Shown here: in pieces, positions 20,585 to 32,004 of the stretch
Numbering within the stretch: the stretch's first letter is position 1
How the letters are laid out: every line of letters starts with the position of its first letter
NCBI RefSeq assembly: GCF_004010195.1
Contig: NC_057752.1
Location: 3,397,006 to 3,441,696, forward strand
Source: Chiloscyllium plagiosum
Lineage: Eukaryota
Direction: 5' to 3'
Length of the DNA: 44,691 nucleotides
Translations under genes and position numbers: made by a program
The notes under the pieces: generated by a model
Databases searched by the model: none
Told to the model about the DNA's origin: nothing
Seen by the model: the letters and a program-made list of their open reading frames with translations, nothing else

Positions 20585-21225
20585 TTCAGTCATTGGGCTG
20601 TACAGCACAGAAACAGACCCTTCGGTCCAACTCGTCCATGCTGACCAGATATCCCAACCCAATCTAGTCCCATTTGCCAGTACTTGGCCCATATCCCTCC
20701 AAACCCTTCCTATTCATATACCCATCCAGATGCTTTTTAAATGTTGCAGTTGTACCAGCCTCCACCACTTCCTCTGGCAGCTCATTCAATACATGAATTC
20801 AAAACAACAAAGGCAGTAACTATGCATTAATTGAGGCAGAGAGATAATTACAAATAATCAAATATAAGATGGTGCTGGAGGCAAGCCCCTCTGTGTGAAA
20901 AAGGTTGCCTCTTAGATCCCTTTTATATCTTTCCCCTCTCACCCTAAACCTATGCCCTCTAGTTCTGGACACCCCACCCCAGGGAAAAGACTTTGCCTAT
21001 TTACCCTATCCATGTCCCTCATGATTTTGTAAACCTCTATAAGGTCACCCCTCAGCCTCCGACACTCCAGGGAAATCTGCCCCAGCCTGTTCAGTCTCTC
21101 TCTATAGCTCAAACCCTCCAACCCTGGCAACATCCTTGTAAATCTTTTCTGAACCCTTTCAAGTTTCACAACATCCTTCCTATAGCAAGGAGACCACAAC
21201 TGAACACAGTATTCCAAAAGTGGCC
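20585..21225 (-). mobile_element. CR1/HER1 LINE 3' end carrying an insert of about 100 bp (20788-20886)
   Basis: ORF 20939-21217 EYCVQLWSPCYRKDVVKLERVQKRFTRMLPG...; tail ctgtacagcacagaaacagacccttcgg. Confidence 0.9.
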
Positions 21226-21264
21226 TTCAAAAGTTATACATGGTGGTATTGAGCAAAATAAAAG

Positions 21265-21445
21265 GCTCATGAATCGTGAAGGAAGTATTCAAAGCTGTTG
21301 TTTAAAATTGCCCTCGGATGGGTTTTAAGCATTCCCCATGGATTTCATTGTGAGTGAACACCTTGCAGTGACGGGAAATGCTTAAAATCCATCTGAGGGC
21401 AACTTTAAACACCGACTTTGAAAAGTTCCCTCAAGATTCCTGAGC
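21265..21445. repeat. Imperfect inverted repeat (73-bp arms, 35-nt loop), MITE-like hairpin
   Basis: gctcatgaatcgtgaaggaagtattcaaagctgttgtttaaaattgccctcggatgggttttaagcattcccc pairs with gggaaatgcttaaaatccatctgagggcaactttaaacaccgactttgaaaagttccctcaagattcctgagc. Confidence 0.85.
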
Positions 21446-21800
21446 TGCCAAAACACTCATCCGCCCATGTTTGATTGGTTATTTGGTAGATATTTGCGAT
21501 TATAAGTGTGTGCCAGTCAGCTCCCTCTTTTGTAAGTGCCCAAAGATGGTATGCTTTAATTAGCTGCATGGAGATCTTCTGCATCCTGTAATTACAGTCA
21601 TAAATTGCAATGGGTCAAGATTGTTCTACTTCAACACGAACATGTCAGCACAAATAAACAAGATGACTCTTCAACAGGGATTACTGGCAGATCTTATGTT
21701 ACAGCTAAAATGCTTCAGACTTTCCCCTTCCAGACAGGAACTTATGATATAAATGTCTTTGCATCGTTGCCCTGTTGGATCCTGCATTGGCTATCTATGT

Positions 21801-22109
21801 GGGCAGCACGGTGGCACAGTGGTTAGCACTGCTGCCTCACAGCGCCTGAGACCCGGGTTCAATTCCCGCCTCAGGCGACTGACTGTGTGGAGTTTGCACG
21901 TTCTCCCCGTGTCTGCGTGGGTTTCCTCCGGGTGCTCCGGTTTCCTCCCACAGTCCAAAGATGTGCAGGTCAGGTGAATTGGCCGTGCTAAATTGCCCGT
22001 AGTGTTAGGTAAGGGGTAAATGTAGGGGTATGGGTGGGTTTCGCTTCGGCGGGTCGGTGTGGACTTGTTGGGCCGAAGGGCCTGTTTCCACACTGTAATG
22101 TAATCTAAT
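21801..22109 (+). mobile_element. HE1-type V-SINE, CpG-rich and apparently young
   Basis: Intact A box (tggcacagtgg), B box (ggttcaattcc), full V-domain, retained CpGs, tail ctgtaatgtaatctaat. Confidence 0.96.
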
Positions 22110-22177
22110 GTGTTACGCTTTCAAATTGCCAAGTTGCATCGTTGGCTTCAACAACCTGTTTTTGTCTCGACTCTTTA

Positions 22178-22870
22178 CAGTCCTAGAGCTGTACAGAATG
22201 GAAACAGACCCTTCGGTCCAACCCGTCCATGCCGGCCAGATACCCCAACCCAATCTAGTCCCACCTGCCAGCACACGGCCCATATCCCTCCAAACCTTTC
22301 CTATTCATATACCCATCCAGGTGCCTTTTAAATGCTGTAATTGTACCAGCCTCCACCACTTCCTCTGGCAGCTCATTCCATACACATACCCACCCTCTGT
22401 GTGAAAAAGTTGCCCCTTTTCAATCTTTCCCCTCTCACCCTAAACCTATGCCCTCCACTTCTGGACTCCCCCACCCCAGGGAAAAGACTTTGCCTATTTA
22501 CCCTATCCATGCCCCTCATGATTTTATAAACCTCTATAAGGTCACCCCTCAGCCTCCGACGCTCCAGGGAAAACAGCCCCAGCCTATTCAGCGTCTCCCT
22601 ATAGCTCAAACCCTCCAACCCTGGCAACATCCTTGTAAATCTTTTCCGAACCCTGTCAAATTTCACAACATCCTTCCGATAGGAAGGAGACCAGAATTGC
22701 ACGCAATATTCCAACAGTGGCCGAACCAACGTCCTGTATAGTGGCAACATGATCTCCCAACCCCTGTACTCAATATTCTGACCAATAAAGGAAAGCATAC
22801 CAAACGCCTTCTTCACTATCCTGTCTACCTGAGGCTCCATTTTCAAGGAGCTATGAACCTGCACTCCAAA
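22178..22870 (-). mobile_element. CR1/HER1 LINE 3' end
   Basis: ORF 22373-22864 QVHSSLK...VKKAFGMLSFIGQNIEYR...EYCVQFWSPSYRKD...RGNFFTQRV. Confidence 0.95.
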
Positions 22871-23349
22871 AGTTGTGAAAGATTGAGGGTGGAGTCTTTC
22901 TCTGTGTTAGAATCACCCACTTTTCAAGGCCAAGCTCTTTATTATATTGCTTGCTTGGACGACTAACAACGAGTTTGACCAGTTTTGGGACACCTTTTTC
23001 GCTGCAAGCAGCTTCTACCCACTTAAAAAGCCGACAACCCAAATCCTGTTGCCTTTTTACAAACCCTTTTCCAAAGGAAGTTGCTGGTCAGGTTCATTCT
23101 CCATGGATTTCATTCCTTGAGACAGCCAAAGTCTTTGAGATTGACTCATTCAATTTGATAACAAGCTTTTGAATTTGTTTCAGAAACGGGCATTGATTCA
23201 ACATCACTCTGGAGCGGTCCTTTTGTCCAACAGGGAAATGATTTCAATTCACAACAGAAGTCAGGTGACCCTCAGTCGGCCATCTTTTGCAGCCATTTTA
23301 AATAAATATATAAGAATCAGAAATATACTGGGGTGACATGATACCCTAA

Positions 23350-23468
23350 ATAAAATCCGAAAGAACTGCAGATGCTGTAATTTGGAAACAATAAACAGAT
23401 GTGGCTGGAAAAGCTCTGCAGGTCTGGCAGCATCTGCAGTGAGAAATCTGAGTTCATGTTTCGGGTTT
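23350..23468 (-). mobile_element. Penelope-like terminal fragment
   Basis: gaactgcagatgctg...gctggaaaagctctgcaggtctggcagcatctg...tgtttcgggt, homologous to 3035-3140, 12503 and 26090. Confidence 0.6.
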
Positions 23469-23744
23469 AAAAAACAGAGAGAGAGAGAATCATTTAATCC
23501 TTTCAAATCCATTTTCTTTCTTCTTCTGCTGCTATTCCGCACCAAGCAGCTCCTGAAATATGGTTCATTCATTTATGCCCGAGACTGGCTCTATTGTCTC
23601 CCAAGCTGGACATCTACGGGCAATAATTCATGTGTAACTTCTCATACAAGTGTTAATTTAAACAGGAGAGAGGGGGCTTCATTGATACCTGACTGGTTTC
23701 CATGATTTTTTTTTTAGAAAAAGGGTAATTTCAGTTCTGGCTAT

Positions 23745-24330
23745 TGTATTATCCACAACAAGCTTTCTTGGACACTTCATGTGGACGCACTGGTTACAAA
23801 GGCCCAACAATGTCTCTTCTTCCTCAGGCAGCTGAGGAAATTTGGCATGACGGCCATCGAGAGCATTCCGTCTGGATATATCACTAACTGGTATGGCAAC
23901 TGTACCATTCAAGATCGGAGACGGTTACAGAGAGTGGTGAACTCGGCCCGGACAATCACAAAGGCCAATCTCCCATCTATAGAATCCATCTACCAGGCCC
24001 GCTGTCAAGGAAAGGCCGCCAGCATTCTCAAAGATCCATCCCACCCTGGCAATGTTTTTCTACAGCCTCTACCATCGGGGAGAAGGTACAGAAGCCTGAA
24101 CACACGCACCAGCTGGTTTTGAAAATGTTTCTACCCTACTGTTGTTAGAATACTGAGTGGACTCACAAACTCTTAACATTCGCCTGTACCTGTGTTTTGT
24201 TTTTGCCGCTGTTTACCTATTATTTATTTATCTATGCTATTTAACTCTGTGACCTGCCTGTATTGCTCGCAAGACAAAGCTTTTCACTGTGTCTCGGTAC
24301 ACGTGACAATAAATTTAATTCAATTCAATT
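23745..24330 (+). mobile_element. Rex1/Babar LINE 3' end
   Basis: ORF 23781-24122 KAQQCLFFLRQLRKFGM..IESI...WYGNC...LQRVV...KAASILKDPSHPG..LPSGRRYRSL; tail gtgacaataaatttaattcaattcaat. Confidence 0.92.
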
Positions 24331-24384
24331 GGTTTGCAGAACTGTGGTCAGGTGATCACTGTCGCCATCTTAGGTCCTGTTAGG

Positions 24385-24570
24385 CCTGTGGAGTTCCTTC
24401 CCACAGGAAGGCGTTGATGCCAAAACATTCAAGAGGCGGCTAGATATAGCACTTGGGGCGATTGGGATCAAAGGCTATGGGGAGAAAAGTTTTGAGTTGG
24501 ACAATCAGCCATGATGGTGATGAATGGCGGAGCAGGCTCAAAGGGCCGAGTGGCCTCCCCCTGTGTTTCG
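24385..24570 (+). mobile_element. CR1 LINE 3'UTR fragment
   Basis: gggatcaaaggctatggggagaaa...cagccatgat...gaatggcggagcaggctcaaagggccgagtggcct. Confidence 0.75.
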
Positions 24571-24892
24571 ATGTCCATTTTCAAAATCATTTTTAGCCCA
24601 TGATGGTCTTTTGGATCGAAGTCAGTTTGAAAACTGGATATTCCATATTTTACCCACTATCGTCACATTCCCTCCAGCCTCACCCCGCACCCCCACCCCC
24701 CCCGCCCTTCCCCCACCTCATGACATTGCTTTCATGTCCTGGGTCAGGATCAGCGGGTATTCATGGGCGTGATATCTCTCCAGCAAATCAAAGCTAGCCA
24801 GTGGTCCAGAGGGAATTGCCAGCGGCCCAGAGAGGAAGGTGAGCGAGCGATATCAGTGGTCCAATATGAAATGCCAGCGGGCGAGAGTAAAA

Positions 24893-25108
24893 TAGGGTGG
24901 ATTGGCCGTGCTAAATTGTCCCATAGTGTCCAGGGATGTACAGGTTAGGGTGGATTGGCCATGTTAAACTGCCCCATCGTGTTCAGGGATGTGCAGGTTC
25001 AGTTAATTAGTCAAGGGACACGTAGGGGAATGGGTCTGGGTGGGATACTCTTCGGAGTGTGGACTTGTTGGGCCGAAGGGCCTGTTTCCCCACTGGGGGG
25101 ATTCTATG
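24893..25108 (+). mobile_element. HE1 SINE 3' half (two copies of the 53-bp internal unit)
   Basis: agggtggattggcc(g/a)tg occurs twice; tail ggacttgttgggccgaagggcctgtttcc. Confidence 0.85.
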
Positions 25109-25492
25109 AGCCCTTGCTGTCCATTGTTTCTTTTCCCTTTCCTGCCAAGAATGAGACAGGAAAATTCACGTCGCCACATCTGAAGAATGGCACATAAAAG
25201 AGAATAAGCAACGAATGGTATTTTGCTCTTCTAATACATAGTTAATCATGGCTTAGCTAGTTCCAGCCAGAAATAGTGCAGAATACAAAGGAACTTATTA
25301 CATATGTATGTATCTCCAGGCACCCATATTTCTCAGTGCTCTTCCACAGAAAGGTAAAAAATATCAAAGGCAATTTTTGGAAAGCATTTTATTTCCCCAA
25401 AGTTGAACATATGTATTGAGAGTTAAAAATCAGTAAAAAGAGATACAGAACAAGCAAGAGGTAAGGTGGAAAGAGAGCAAATAGGAAAGAAT

Positions 25493-25790
25493 AGAATCCC
25501 AATAGCATGGAAACAGGCCATTCAGCCCAACAAGTCCACACTGACCCACTGAAGAGCAAAGCACACAGACCCATCCTCCACTTCCCAAGGCTAACACATC
25601 CCTAGACTCTACAGGATAACTTAGCACGGCCAATCCACCCTAACCTACAAACCTTTGGATTGTGGGAGGAAACTGGAGCACACCCACAGGGAGAACGTGC
25701 AAACTCCACACACAGTCACCCAAGGCTGGGATCGAACCCAGGTCCCTGGCACTATGAGGCAACAGTGCTAGCCACTGAGCCACCGTGCCA
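25493..25790 (-). mobile_element. HE1-type V-SINE
   Basis: Tail, V-domain and head on the minus strand. Confidence 0.9.
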
Positions 25791-26089
25791 GCCTTAAAAT
25801 ACATGAACGAAACAGAAAATAAATGAATCACAGAAAGCAAGGGAATGAGACAAGTGAGTGAGTAAGACAGACAAAAAGCAAGTGAAATGGGAATAGAGTG
25901 AGCCAGAGAGACAGAGCAGGGGAGAAAGGAGTGGGAAAGATAATAAACAAAAGCGAAATTGTTACAATTGTGATGAGAGGAACGCAGGGTTAATCAAGCC
26001 CTACTCATTGTTCCAGCAGGTCCACCATTTGTAGAAATGTTTCGATTCAATCATCAAAATGGCCAACTGGTTCCTTTTGACACAAACAG

Positions 26090-26210
26090 AACCTCGACCT
26101 GAAACGTTAACTCTGATTTCTCTCCACAGATGCTGCCAGACCTGCTGAGCTTTTCCAGCAAAGTCTGCTTTTGTTTCTGATTTACAGCATCCACACTCCT
26201 TTCTGTTTTG
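26090..26210 (+). mobile_element. Penelope-like terminal fragment
   Basis: cgacctgaaacgttaactctgatttctctccacagatgctgccagacctgctgagcttttccagca. Confidence 0.65.
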
Positions 26211-26648
26211 GTTTCCCTGATGGACTGCAGTCCAGAAGAAAAGAGATTTGCTTCGTTCGTGAATTCAGAACAATCCATTTGTTATAGAACGGACTTCACT
26301 CTTAAAAACAAGAGCCAAACATCCGAACTGTCATCTGGAACGGGAATTATACCTTTTCCCAGAAACAGGCACATTCACACAACAAAAATGACAAAAGGTT
26401 CTGCAGAGACGACCTTTGTTTCGAAAAAGGGACAGAAGTGAAGAGCAATCCTTTTGACCGAGGATTTGAAGTCGTGCAAATCTGCACAGTCCGCTTGGCT
26501 TCTTATCAATAAAATCAAATGGTGGGTGCTCTAGACTGGAAGCAGGCCTTCGGTCTGGGTTAAAATCAAGCCGGATATGAGTCTTTTGGAAGTGGTCTCA
26601 GGATTTAAAAGTTGCCAGAAATACCGACATTTGCAAACTCGATCAGGT

Positions 26649-26940
26649 TCATAGAATCCCTGCAGGACGGAAGCAGGCCATTCAGCCCACACTAACACGG
26701 CAAACAGCGCCTGACCGACACCCACCCCTTCCCCCTGGCTAACCCATCTAGCCTCCACGTCCCTGGACACTCCAGGCATAGCCAATCCACCCTAACCTGC
26801 ATATCTTTAGACTATAGGAGGAAAACCACAGGGAGAACATACAAACTCCTCACACACACAGTCACCCGAGGCTGGAATTGAACCTGGGTCCCTGGCACTG
26901 TGAGACAGCAGGGCTAACCACTGAGACACCGTACCACACA
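26649..26940 (-). mobile_element. HE1-type V-SINE (diverged)
   Basis: tcatagaatccctg tail; gtcacccgaggctggaattgaacctgggtccctggcactgtgag head. Confidence 0.85.
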
Positions 26941-27384
26941 GAGAAATCTGGCATTTTCTTCCTTTTGACGACTAAGGGCTGTAAGAATAGGTACCAAATC
27001 AAGAGAGTGTTACAAGGTAACCATCAGAATCAGGTCTCCAGTAATCCCAAAGCCAGGTTTTCCAGGTGATCAAAGGCCATAAACTCCATCTCTTATCAGC
27101 CTGAAAGCTTTACTTGGCTTTCTCTGAGGTTACTTGACTTCTGTATAACAGCAGGTAGATCACAGCACACATTAACTGCTGACCTCATTTTCCCGAGGTA
27201 CCACATGATTAAACAGTTTTCGATCAAATAAGTGCCCAAAAAGTTCCCATATCTTCTGATTCTTCATGAAGACCAGAAAACGAAGTAAGTATTCCCAATG
27301 GATTGAGCGAACAAGGCGGAGAGTGTGAGCGAGACAAGGAGAGAGCAAGCCAAAAAGAGAGGACAATACAGGGATGGTGAACAA

Positions 27385-27440
27385 GAGCAAAAGAGACAGA
27401 GAGTGAACCAGAGACAGTGAGAGAGAGAGAGAGACAGAGT

Positions 27441-27477
<37 letters not shown>

Positions 27478-27478
27478 C
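27385..27478. repeat. (GA)n-rich simple repeat
   Basis: Direct inspection. Confidence 0.9.
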
Positions 27479-27654
27479 ACTAGCGAAATATATTTTATTG
27501 TCAGCCCTGTTTTCTTATGATGCATTTTCACTCTTGAAACAAGATTAAGAAAATACTAGCTTGAACAAAAAGCCTTGGTTCTAAATGTCAGGACCGATAT
27601 CATTGATTCAAATTGTCGCCATTGGAAACATGAAGTCTTCGACACAGAAATGCA

Positions 27655-28390
27655 GCTCAGGGTCAGCAAAACGAAAGAGCTGGTCATCATCTTCAGGAAG
27701 GGGAGTGGAGGGCACGCCCCAGTCTGCATCAGTGGAGCTGAGATGGAGAGGGTCGAGAGCATCAAGTCCCTGGGAGTGACGATCACCAACAATCTGTCCT
27801 GGTCCACTCACATTGATATGATGGGCAATAAAGCACAACAATGTCTCTACTCCCTCAGGAGGCTATGGAAATTCAGCATGTCCTTAAAGACTCTCCCCAA
27901 CTTTTACAGATGCACCACAGAAAGCATTCCATCCAGATGGATCACGGCTTGGTACGGCAACTGCTCTGCCCAGGACAGTGAGAAACTACAGAGAGTTGTG
28001 AGCACAGCCCAGTCCATCACCCAAACCAACCTTCTATCCACTGGCTCCATCTACACTTCCCACTGCCTCGGGAAGGCAGCAACATCATCAAAGACCCCTC
28101 CCACCCCGGTTACAATCTCTTCCACCCTCTTCCCTCGGGCAGAGGATACAAAAGCTTAAACACGCGAATGAACAGATTCAGGAACAGCTTCTTCCCTGCT
28201 GTTATCAGGCTTCTGAATGGATCTCCTAAATGTTAATTCTGATCTCCCCACCCCCTGGCACTGTCACACTGTATTCGAGGCTCTGTTCTGCTACACTCAT
28301 GCACTTTGGACAGTGCGACCTGCCTGTTCTGCACACAAACCAACACTATCCATTGTGTCTTGGTACAGGTGACAACAATAAATCAGTCAA
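27655..28390 (+). mobile_element. Rex1/Babar LINE 3' end, very similar to 14656-15365
   Basis: ORF 27575-28159 SKTKELVIIFRK..HAPVCISGAEMERVESIKSLGVTITNNLSW...WYGNCSAQD. Confidence 0.92.
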
Positions 28391-28617
28391 CCAGAAAGCG
28401 GGCTGATCCTCTGGAGTTTTGGTCAGTCCCGCGTGCCTGTGTTAGCAATCAAAAATTAATCTCACTTACCAACCACACATCTCCCTCTTCCGGGCACAGA
28501 GTCACAGAGCTGGACAGCATGGAAACACTTCAAAGGCTTGCTTTTTTCTTAAACATACCCATTGTTTCTGTCTCAGTCATTTCCAATGGCAAAGAACTCC
28601 CTCCGCTGAGCAACTGA

Positions 28618-28900
28618 ACGGCACGGTGGCTTCAGTGGTTAGCACTGCTGCCTCACAGCATTAGGATCCTGGATTGATTCCACCCTCGAGCGACTGTCTG
28701 TGTGGAGTTTGCATGCTCTCCCTGTGTCTGTGTGGGCTTCCTCCCACAGTCCAAAGATGTGCAGGTTAGGGTGGATTAGCCGTGCTAAATCATCCAGGGA
28801 TGTGCGGGCTACCCATGGGAAATGCAGGGTTAGGTTGGAGTGGGATTCTTTGTGGATTTGATGGGCTGAATAGCCTGCTTCTGCACTGTAAGAATTCTAC
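28618..28900 (+). mobile_element. HE1-type V-SINE
   Basis: gcacggtggcttcagtggttagcactgctgcctcacagc head, V-domain, tail ctgtaagaattcta. Confidence 0.88.
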
Positions 28901-29546
28901 AGAGGACATTAAAGACAGTGGTTCAATTAACAGGATGTGGAACTCAGTCATTAGTGTAGGGTATAGTGGTGCCCCACCACTGAATGGCATGGATTTCACT
29001 GTGGGCAGTAAAGAAATAAGTCCACCAAGGTGCTCCTATACCTCATGGACAGATGGGGGAGGGTGGTACGTTGGGTGGGGGTGAGAATTGGGCTTGGTCA
29101 CGCTGTATCACATCAATTCCCTCCTTTTCTGTCTAGCTTCATTCAGGCATGGACCCATGGGAGTGTGGAAGGAAACCTGTGAGATTATAATGGAAATGGG
29201 TTGGGAAAGTGGGAATAAGCAGTGCACAGGTTGAATGGAGTGGCTTCGTGTTTCTGTACACAACTTTACCAAGACCTCACAAGAGGGCTGGTAAATGGAT
29301 GCAGGCTCAGAAGACCGGGAGCAGGATCACCAACAAGTGGATCCTTTCCAGGAAAACACAGCTCCTCTCTGTTGCAATGTGAGCTGGACAGGCAATGGCT
29401 TCTACTCTCACCATCTACGGCCTGGTTATTTGCTCATCAGCACGCTGCGAGATCACAAGCGAGCAGCAAGCCTTTTCCCTGTTTGCGTACCTTGCAAAAG
29501 ATTCTTGGATTAACCACAAAGTTCCAAGCCTCCTCTCCCCCCTTTT

Positions 29547-29882
29547 CGGGGAGGTGATGGCCCAGTGGCATTATCACTGGACTGTTGTCCCAGGTAACAC
29601 TACGGGGACTCGGGTTCAAATCCTGCTGATGGTGGAACTTGAATTCAATAGTAATCTGGAAAGAAGAGTCTAATGATGAACGTGAATCCACTGTCAGGAA
29701 ACCCCATCTGGGTCATGAACACCCTTCAGAGAAGGAATCTGCCATCCTTACCTGTTCTGGCCTACGTGTGACTCCAGACCCACAGCAAAGTGGGGTTGAC
29801 TCTTAACTGCCCTCTGGGCAATTAGGGATAGGCAATAGATCCGAGACACCCTCATCCCATGAATGATAAAGGGGGAAAAAAC
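29547..29882 (+). mobile_element. tRNA-derived SINE (Zenon-tail family)
   Basis: ggggaggtgatggcccagtggcattatcactggactgtt...ggttcaaatcc...gtgactccagacccacagcaa...cccatgaatgataaa. Confidence 0.88.
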
Positions 29883-30304
29883 ATTATCTTCCCGTCAGTA
29901 CAAAGAGCTGGCCCCCAAACTGCCTGATATCTCTGCGGTCCTGATGCAGAACTGACCTTCACTACTCGTCCAGCTAACTTTGAGGCACCTTAGTGTCCCT
30001 GGCCCGTTCGAATCGGCAGGAATTTTACCATCCCATCTCTCCTTGGCAAAGAGTTGGAGAGAAAATGGTCTGTCTCAGCGAGCAGCCTGCAGATGTGAGC
30101 ATGGTCACAGCTCAGAGAGAAATCAATCTCAGGCTCCAATTAAACCGTTAATCAAACCACTTCACTCAAGACCACATTGAAGGATGCGTTCGGAACAGCC
30201 AGGATCCCTTCACTGCGGCCTCAAACGTGACAACCATAATGAACAGCAACAGCACCTTTCTTTCCTGGGCGTGCTGCCAAATTCCTGTGAAGTCTCCCCG
30301 TCAT

Positions 30305-30822
30305 CATTACAGGATCCCTGCGTGCTGTTTATTGCAAGACTTGGCCCATCGAGTCCACACCGACCCTCCAAAGAGCAGCCCACCTCAACACCACACCCTC
30401 CAACCGATCCCTCCAACTCTGCATTTCCCATGGCCACTCCACCCTAACCTGCCCATCCTTGGACACTACGGGACAATTTAGCCTGGCCAATCCACCCTAA
30501 CCTGCACATCCCTGGACACTATGGGGCAATTTAGCATGGCCAATCCACCCTAACCTGCACATCCCTGGGCATTATGGGACATTTTAGCATGGTCAATCCA
30601 CCCTAACCTACACACTCCTGGGCATTATGGGACAATTTCCCATGGCCAATCCACCCTAACCTTTGGACTGTGGGAGGAAACTGGAGCACCTGGAGGAAAC
30701 CCACACAGACACGGGGAAAATATGCAAACTCCACACAGACAGTCACCCGAGGGTGGGATCGAACTCAGGCCTCTGGCGCTGTGAGGCAGCAGTGCTAACC
30801 ACTCAGCCACCATGCTGCCCCT
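30305..30822 (-). mobile_element. HE1-type V-SINE with about 4.5 tandem copies of the 53-bp unit (30430-30661)
   Basis: Unit starts at 30467, 30520, 30573 and 30626; V-domain and head follow. Confidence 0.92.
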
Positions 30823-30960
30823 GAGAGAGAGAATGCGAGAGAGAAAGCGAGAGAGAGAGCAAGAGAGCAGGAGCGAAAAAGAGAAAGCGAGCAAGAGCAA
30901 GGGAGAGTGAGAGCAAGAGTGAGTGAGAGCAAAAGTGAAAGAGAGAGCGCGTGAGAGAGA
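30822..30960. repeat. (GA)n-rich simple repeat
   Basis: Direct inspection. Confidence 0.88.
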
Positions 30961-31621
30961 ACTCCATGAGTCACAGCTGTAGTGACATGGTCAAGGGCCA
31001 TTAAATTCATTGATATCCAGGACACGCCATTGGGAACGTCATGGAGCTGATCTACAGCAACAATATGGCAATTTAGAAGATTTAGAAGACAGAGCCTGAC
31101 AGAAGAATTCCAAGACAGTGATAAGATTAGGAGATCCATAATTTAAACTGCAGATATGGCGAGAAGATACATTCAGGTCACAGCCTCAGAAGTTTGTTCG
31201 GAAAAATTGTGGAAAGGGGTGTGCACTGTGTAAAATGCAGAAAAGCATCTGTTTTGGCAATGAAGAAGCCGGAAAACATCTTCTGGGCTGCAGAAGTTGG
31301 GAAAACGTCCACCTTTGAAGATGTTTGGGCCTAGCTGGGAAACCGTCATCCTGATCATACAAACAAAAGTGGGAACATCCCTGAGTTAGCAAGACAGGGA
31401 TACAAGGATATTTAGAAGGCTTCACAGAAGTAAATCATTGTCGCAAGACTGAACCGGAAACTTTATTGGAAGGGAATAATCTCGCAGAGCGATAATGGAG
31501 TTCAAAAGCTCAAAGAGAGTTTTCAGCGGGCAAATGACTAACAGAATCGAGATGCTGCAAGATTGAAAAAGCCAGCAGATTCCAAACAGCATGGCGATGC
31601 TGCTGATTGAAAACAACTTGA

Positions 31622-31930
31622 GGGGTGGCACAGTGGCTCAGTGGTTAGCACTGCAGCCTCACAGCACCAGGGACCCGGGTTCAATTCCAGCCTCGTGTGA
31701 CTGCCTGTGTTGAGTTTGCACATTCTTCCCATGTCTGCATGGGTTTCATCCGGTTTCCTCCCACAGTCCAAAGATGTGCAGGTTAGGGTGGATTGACCAT
31801 GGTAAATTGCCCATGGTGTTAGGTGCATTAGTCAGAGGGAAATGGGTCTGGGTGGGTTACTCTTCGGAGGGTCGATGTGGTCTTGTTGGGCTGAAGGGCC
31901 TGTTTCCACACTGTAGGGAATCTAATCTAA
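31622..31930 (+). mobile_element. HE1-type V-SINE
   Basis: Head, V-domain and tail ctgtagggaatctaatcta. Confidence 0.93.
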
Positions 31931-32004
31931 AAGTAAATATGGGGAAGGTGGAGCCATCGTGTCCATGTCACTGGGTTAGTAATCAGGCTAGTGCTCCAGG
32001 GATT

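Noticed and set aside
20864..20874. ataagatggtg match between the 20.8-kb filler and the CR1 5'UTR near 44566
   Set aside because: Only 11 bp and in the opposite orientation relative to the host elements; consistent with chance.
27198..27290. Strong donor-like gtaagt at about 27284
   Set aside because: All frames from the nearby upstream acceptors contain stops; no coding exon supported.
27172..27531. Hydrophobic Leu/Ser-rich ORF resembling a membrane or signal peptide (also 30625-31139)
   Set aside because: Arises from (GA)n repeats read on the minus strand.
30960..31620. Purine-rich unique-looking stretch as a decayed ORF
   Set aside because: Frequent stops and no motif I can assign; left unannotated.
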